Shown here: piece after piece, positions 60,201-64,000 of the stretch
Numbering within the stretch: the first letter of the stretch is position 1
Layout: each line of letters opens with the position of its first letter
Program-made: the position numbers and the translations under genes
Origin: Coniocarpon cinnabarinum
Lineage: Eukaryota
Length of the DNA stretch: 64,000 bases
Assembly: GCA_051942205.1 (NCBI GenBank)
Contig: JAVECO010000003.1
Span: 62,001 to 126,000 of the forward strand
Direction of reading: 5' to 3'
The notes under the pieces: model-generated
Seen by the model: only the letters and a program-made list of their open reading frames with translations
Told to the model about the DNA's origin: nothing
Databases searched by the model: none

Positions 60201-63200
60201 GTTGGAGTATGCTTTCGTACTAATTCATTCATTGGCAGCGGCGAGCTTGCAACCGCGCTTGCTCAGCAGACTGAATACTTGAATGAAAGCAGAGGCACCA
60301 CTAAAATCATTTGCGAAGGAGTAACTTATCGATTTGGGGAATGGTCTCATGAGAACTCGGTTCACCTAGGAAAATGTCTTGACATTGCCACCCAGTATAG
60401 TATCGATGGTGGGCAACATACGCACATGCCTTCTAGATCTGCTTCAGTTAGCATTCTCAGAAGTATGTTACAATACTTGATACATCACTTGAGCTTCGCC
60501 AATCCGACTGGGTACCTATCATTTGCGGCATCCATGTTGAACGCTTTGAATGTGGCTCTAAGTAACCTGCAAGGTACCTTACTGGCCCATAAATCCGTGG
60601 GAAAAGACAGACCAGGAAGCAGGATTATTTTCTTGCTTTTTATCATCGCACAACAGACCCACAACGTATGTCAGCGTTTCCGAGATCATACCACCGACTG
60701 TATCCGGCTTCGAAAGATCAGAGCTGATTTGGCTGCGGCTCTAGCTAGTTGCATTTTCTCACAACCGAGTCCGCAGATTCTAGCCTTTCACGATCGCACT
60801 AACATCAAACTTGCTCAAGAGTTTGGCGTTCGAGAGATTGACGAAGATGTTGAGGCCGTGGTTGGTTTGTACCACGCTTTTCGATCTGATGATGATCATG
60901 CAAGCTTCTGGGCAATTGTCGGGAATGCTCTGAAGGAGCAGCTTTGTCAACAGGACTCAAAAATTGCGACATTTGAAACGATATGGCATCAATTGTTTGC
61001 AATGCTCCCCTTATTGGAGATTGATATCAACGGAGTACTTAGACCAGCATCTCGCAGACTAATATTTTCCCAGACGCAAGAAAACAATGGTTTCATCAAA
61101 GAGATCCTAAGTAGAGTATTTGCTCTGGTCGAGAGTGCAACACATCATCCGACGTTGAACGCCTATGTCCGAGCCACGCTTATTCGATGCTTTCGACTCA
61201 TTCGCGTTTGGGGCTGGTACCGCTCAGAACCGATTTTGAGCTCCGTATACGACTTCTTTGGTAAGCGAGGCTTCTCGCTTCTTGCAACCGAACAGAGCAA
61301 TGGGTCTGCAATTTTTCTTGAAGAGCTTCATGCGCGTGATTTGCCACAGATTGAAGACTCTGATCGATCTTTCCACATCTTCCTTAAGATGCTCGGCGCC
61401 GGCTTGATTGCAATGCGCAAAGTCTATCCGGATAAGAAGATTCACAATTTGGCATGGCGTTTCGTTCCTAATCACGGCCGAGCGTGTCAAGCAGATGAAG
61501 GGTTGCGCCAGAGTGATCTGGATTCTCTGAGAAATCAGCACGATTTATTGAGCGTTTTGTACTATGCCTCTCCGAAGGGTAATCGACCAAGCTTGTCAAC
61601 ACTGAGGAATCTTGTCAATTTCAGAACATCACATGCTGAAATCTGCAAGGTCGGCGTCAGAGCTTGGTCAAACCTAGCTCGCTTTCAAGTATCGACAGAT
61701 GAGCCTCTCAATTCAGTGGAGCCTTTTGCACAGTGGTTTGACGAGATTGTTGCTGGCTGCGCCTTCCAACACCGCCTTGCCGAGACTGAGGCTGAGTCAG
61801 TTTCCAGTGATTGCCGGTCATTCTTCTCAGTAGATGCCGTTCAAGCGACCAAAGCGAAGAACCAACGTGAGGTCGAAAACGTCCTTGAAGGCTTGCTGGT
61901 GTCGCTTCAGAGCATATTGAGACGTGGTTCTTCCCCCACTTTGTCCCGGCACGTCTTTGAGACGATTGACAGGACAAGCATGTTGCGCCTCCTGAACAGC
62001 TCACTCACTTCACGTACACGATGTGGCTTGGCCACCGTGAACGCCTACGAAGCTTACTTCAACGTTGTTAGTAGGAACAAGATAGCCACGCAGATACCTA
62101 GCGGGAATGAAGACAGTCAAGATTACGGGGACATTGACCTGGATGATATTGATCACGAGATGGAAAACGAACCCGCCAACTCGAACCAGACCGAAACAGT
62201 CGCAAATGAGCTGTTTGCACTCCTTGGTGATCTTCTTGCTCCGGATGCAGGTGCTGATGATGTTCTCATCAAAGCATGTATTGATGCGCATGCCTTAGCC
62301 GCTTGTCATCTTGTCTCACAAAAGCGCAGAGATTGGCTCGCGTACTTGGACCGGCAAGGATCTGCCTCGTGGGACCGCCTTCCCAAGCACGCTGAAACGA
62401 AGTCTTACTGGCCCTATTACCTAGCCAGTCTCATTTCCAAGGAAAAGCAGATCGTGGCGGAGCAAGGCACCCTCATCCAGAGTGCATGGCTAGAGTCTTT
62501 GGTCGAGCAAGACTCCAAGCTGAAATATCAGCACCTGCTCACATCGGCCATGCTTAATGCGAGTGACACGGAGCCACTGCTTCACAATCTGCCGTTTGCT
62601 AAGGATGAGACGACTGAGCTATTCAATGTCTCTCTAGACGAGCTTCGCCTTCGCCGCATTTCACTGCTATCCAGCCTGATTTCCAACATCCGCCAGATCT
62701 GGGAAAACTCATGGTCTCTCGCCAGCAATCGTGTCGCCCAACAAGCACGCGACAGCTGCGTCACGCTCCTCAAGTCTCTTATGACCGCTATGAAGCGCAA
62801 CTATCTCGATACCGAAACTGGCTCAGCTGCTCACAGCACCTACGTCAAGTTCCTGCAGAGGATCGTGGAGATGCTCCAACAGCACGTTTCCAGCGTTCCG
62901 GCCGTTGGGATTGACAAATTCTTTACTGACCCATCGACCTTTCCATTGCCGGCTGGCGACCCTCATTACGTTGTTGGACGTTTGCGTAGCTACGAGCATG
63001 GTCCTGGCTTGCGTGACGAAAGTATTCAGAAGAAATTTGTGAAATTTGTGGAGGCACTTGTGGAGCGTGCGGCCATTGAAGAGCACATGGATGTGTTGAC
63101 GAAGCAGATTGTGAGTGCTGTTGAGGGATTGAAACCCGTGCACGACACAGCTCGACAAGGCTTGTGGAGCATGGTCATTGGCACGCTTGCTCCTGCGTAC

Positions 63201-64000
63201 CTCCACGTTCGGCGTGAGGGAAACTCCTGCAGCTGGCTCTTGACCTCGCCCGTGCTTCAAGCGGCCAAGCATCTCCTTCTCGGTCTCCTTTACAGGCGCA
63301 ATCTGGGCGACTACGAGTCCGTACACAGCGCACTCCCTGCTGTGCATGCGCTTCTGAAAGCCGCACTCGCAACTCTGAATCTAGAAAAAGACGGTCCGGA
63401 GGAGAAAGGCAGTCCGGTAGTCCTATTCAATCGATCCACGTACCTTTGCTACGAATATCGCAGCGTGAGGGACGCCATCGACCTTGTTACCACTATCGCG
63501 CCGTTCCTCGACCTTATCATCCGCCAGGACGTGAACTCAGAAGCTACCCAGATCGCAAAAGATGCGTGGCGCTACATCGATGTCGTCGCACATCTGGAAC
63601 TGCACTGCTCCACCTCTCTCACGTACCGAGTTCTGCGTGGCACACAACTGCCTGACAGCGCCCTCGGCAATGATGACAGAATCACGCGGTTCGCCGAGCT
63701 TGAGTTCAGCAAAGCGTCCGGGAATCACTGGGTTTCGATCTTGTCGGATGCAGGAGGGGGGGGCCACGTCGTGCAGAGGAAACAGGGCGGTCGATCTCTT
63801 CAGTTCGACCTGTCGTATGATGAGGAGGAAGAGGGATTGAGAATGGATTTGCGACGGTTGAGGAATGTCGTCGGTGCGATGGGAATGTTGTCTGAAGATG
63901 AGAGGAGAGAGATGGAGTCCAGGGAGACGACAACGAGGGAGTATACGGGCGAGGGCGATGAATGGATTGAAGTGGAGAGGGATGAAGAGGAGAACGTGAG
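57258..64000 (+). CDS. MMS22: Mms22/Mus7 replication-fork repair protein (3' truncated by window end)
   Basis: Starts MQDWQARGIVQDSDEE and contains RGLRERNPIQMHPYLLE and LAWRFVPNHGR..LDSLRNQHDLLSVLYYASP. The same frame is open at 64000, which explains its absence from the ORF track. Confidence 0.88.
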   Translation, partial: MQDWQARGIVQDSDEESFAELEEDSPDELALDPPHGGATVKHFSPHQNDGPSQYEANINGDFNGPDRNATAAPTTLMGEEIKDEGSSHTNLHASRAFEERDTETSHEPAVISSQEAVRARDTSATFDDRCRQLSVDANDIARDASLPRTMSSGSLSPALDDPTMALPPQMAPGSPVVLVNAPIDADFTRRSVVSEATQDILRGEPGIVGRRGLRERNPIQMHPYLLENEAYRRSFRARGLRPVHFAQEIQQDTPALQESFQDLDEGSSQLEQSVRQSQSSPVIAALPSQGHSLASSGDDEDNLPKIETLLRKPQVGEVRRVHKRRKTSHLHGNAKTARKGALTPAKSAASAAGARVASDDDVYDLNNALDTNPDHTQADVLFNRRRRRKRFRIPRALPEDSLPTPAASSELSPNAGKQTLVSSTSESDELSETHSAHDQDIPPVHCDLHSSTVLVESSLSSSSSEAEVQQEVADPARRYQKKIRGVLPASWLRLDQPKKPQQPSSSHRPVHQQSPQKSPIKGVARRINTDSGPAKGTVETARALRQRYDSSDEDESPDRTQAKTSAGVERSLHDVGFGFRDQAMGVIEDNPIDTMPQAKARPSSPVRKKERKRQTRLVNFVDNIQRNTRDFPRQESASPSHHNQSRKTHARHTGRHRKQWVRRKTIPKLSILDVPPSHSLPYEPDFVKLAKKRVRRRADLGRHSPFHKLLSLQTQQEGVDVDHVLSNWTAGRMQPDSVTAARKALTGPALRSTRHEKAAKALDGRTSRGDETRAQIGIQIPPERRTKGHSQTKHRHSQLKALPSVSLDANDNPLNFAVPPTPLQKRSGHSKLQEINPNKRQGQLEQTEAEHYGDNAEEAFHLHLQDTASYPQPRHDPPLIERFLASPENNNESSGHGTMREDYSTIDRNPIGRTRLRKRRPRQVHQDQIEVHQQHRHEHPPMSYPVVVDEDAPSPPQGLDLSGLLPYGSSYTTDFGTAPLPVGVCFRTNSFIGSGELATALAQQTEYLNESRGTTKIICEGVTYRFGEWSHENSVHLGKCLDIATQYSIDGGQHTHMPSRSASVSILRSMLQYLIHHLSFANPTGYLSFAASMLNALNVALSNLQGTLLAHKSVGKDRPGSRIIFLLFIIAQQTHNVCQRFRDHTTDCIRLRKIRADLAAALASCIFSQPSPQILAFHDRTNIKLAQEFGVREIDEDVEAVVGLYHAFRSDDDHASFWAIVGNALKEQLCQQDSKIATFETIWHQLFAMLPLLEIDINGVLRPASRRLIFSQTQENNGFIKEILSRVFALVESATHHPTLNAYVRATLIRCFRLIRVWGWYRSEPILSSVYDFFGKRGFSLLATEQSNGSAIFLEELHARDLPQIEDSDRSFHIFLKMLGAGLIAMRKVYPDKKIHNLAWRFVPNHGRACQADEGLRQSDLDSLRNQHDLLSVLYYASPKGNRPSLSTLRNLVNFRTSHAEICKVGVRAWSNLARFQVSTDEPLNSVEPFAQWFDEIVAGCAFQHRLAETEAESVSSDCRSFFSVDAVQATKAKNQREVENVLEGLLVSLQSILRRGSSPTLSRHVFETIDRTSMLRLLNSSLTSRTRCGLATVNAYEAYFNVVSRNKIATQIPSGNEDSQDYGDIDLDDIDHEMENEPANSNQTETVANELFALLGDLLAPDAGADDVLIKACIDAHALAACHLVSQKRRDWLAYLDRQGSASWDRLPKHAETKSYWPYYLASLISKEKQIVAEQGTLIQSAWLESLVEQDSKLKYQHLLTSAMLNASDTEPLLHNLPFAKDETTELFNVSLDELRLRRISLLSSLISNIRQIWENSWSLASNRVAQQARDSCVTLLKSLMTAMKRNYLDTETGSAAHSTYVKFLQRIVEMLQQHVSSVPAVGIDKFFTDPSTFPLPAGDPHYVVGRLRSYEHGPGLRDESIQKKFVKFVEALVERAAIEEHMDVLTKQIVSAVEGLKPVHDTARQGLWSMVIGTLAPAYLHVRREGNSCSWLLTSPVLQAAKHLLLGLLYRRNLGDYESVHSALPAVHALLKAALATLNLEKDGPEEKGSPVVLFNRSTYLCYEYRSVRDAIDLVTTIAPFLDLIIRQDVNSEATQIAKDAWRYIDVVAHLELHCSTSLTYRVLRGTQLPDSALGNDDRITRFAELEFSKASGNHWVSILSDAGGGGHVVQRKQGGRSLQFDLSYDEEEEGLRMDLRRLRNVVGAMGMLSEDERREMESRETTTREYTGEGDEWIEVERDEEENV

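Noticed and set aside
10510..63933. Long antisense or alternate-frame ORFs over real genes (e.g. 35797-36660, 53221-53907, 62823-63347)
   Set aside because: Shadow ORFs caused by codon bias and low-complexity coding sequence, with no independent motifs.

Overview
Gene-dense eukaryotic DNA from a filamentous ascomycete: short GT-AG introns with CTRAY branch sites and typical Pezizomycotina proteins. About 27 protein-coding genes are supportable. Housekeeping genes: ISA1, SAM35-like, TSR1, UTP7, NRK1, ARMH3/DUF1741, EAF3, VTI1, PXA2, ureG, a mitochondrial AAA ATPase, a BRD8-like bromodomain protein and MMS22/Mus7, which runs off the right end and is absent from the ORF track. Stand-alone enzymes: a P450, a COG2907-type flavoprotein, RidA, an MDR oxidoreductase, a heme-thiolate peroxidase with a mucin-like tail, an amidohydrolase-2 decarboxylase, a catechol O-methyltransferase and a GH2 beta-mannosidase. 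No rRNA, tRNA, CRISPR, intact transposon or PKS/NRPS backbone was seen. Best leads: (1) a 359-nt EAF3 chromodomain intron with four consecutive hairpins and a possible poison acceptor; (2) a six-exon three-OB-fold gene resembling meiotic MEIOB; (3) the peroxygenase-mucin chimera; (4) a broken Dabb-barrel gene; (5) a recurrent intergenic palindrome TACCTAGGTA; (6) palindromic MCB/E-box sites upstream of MMS22; (7) an LTR-like AT-rich relic. All family calls come from motif recognition by eye, not database searches, and intron boundaries are manual predictions.
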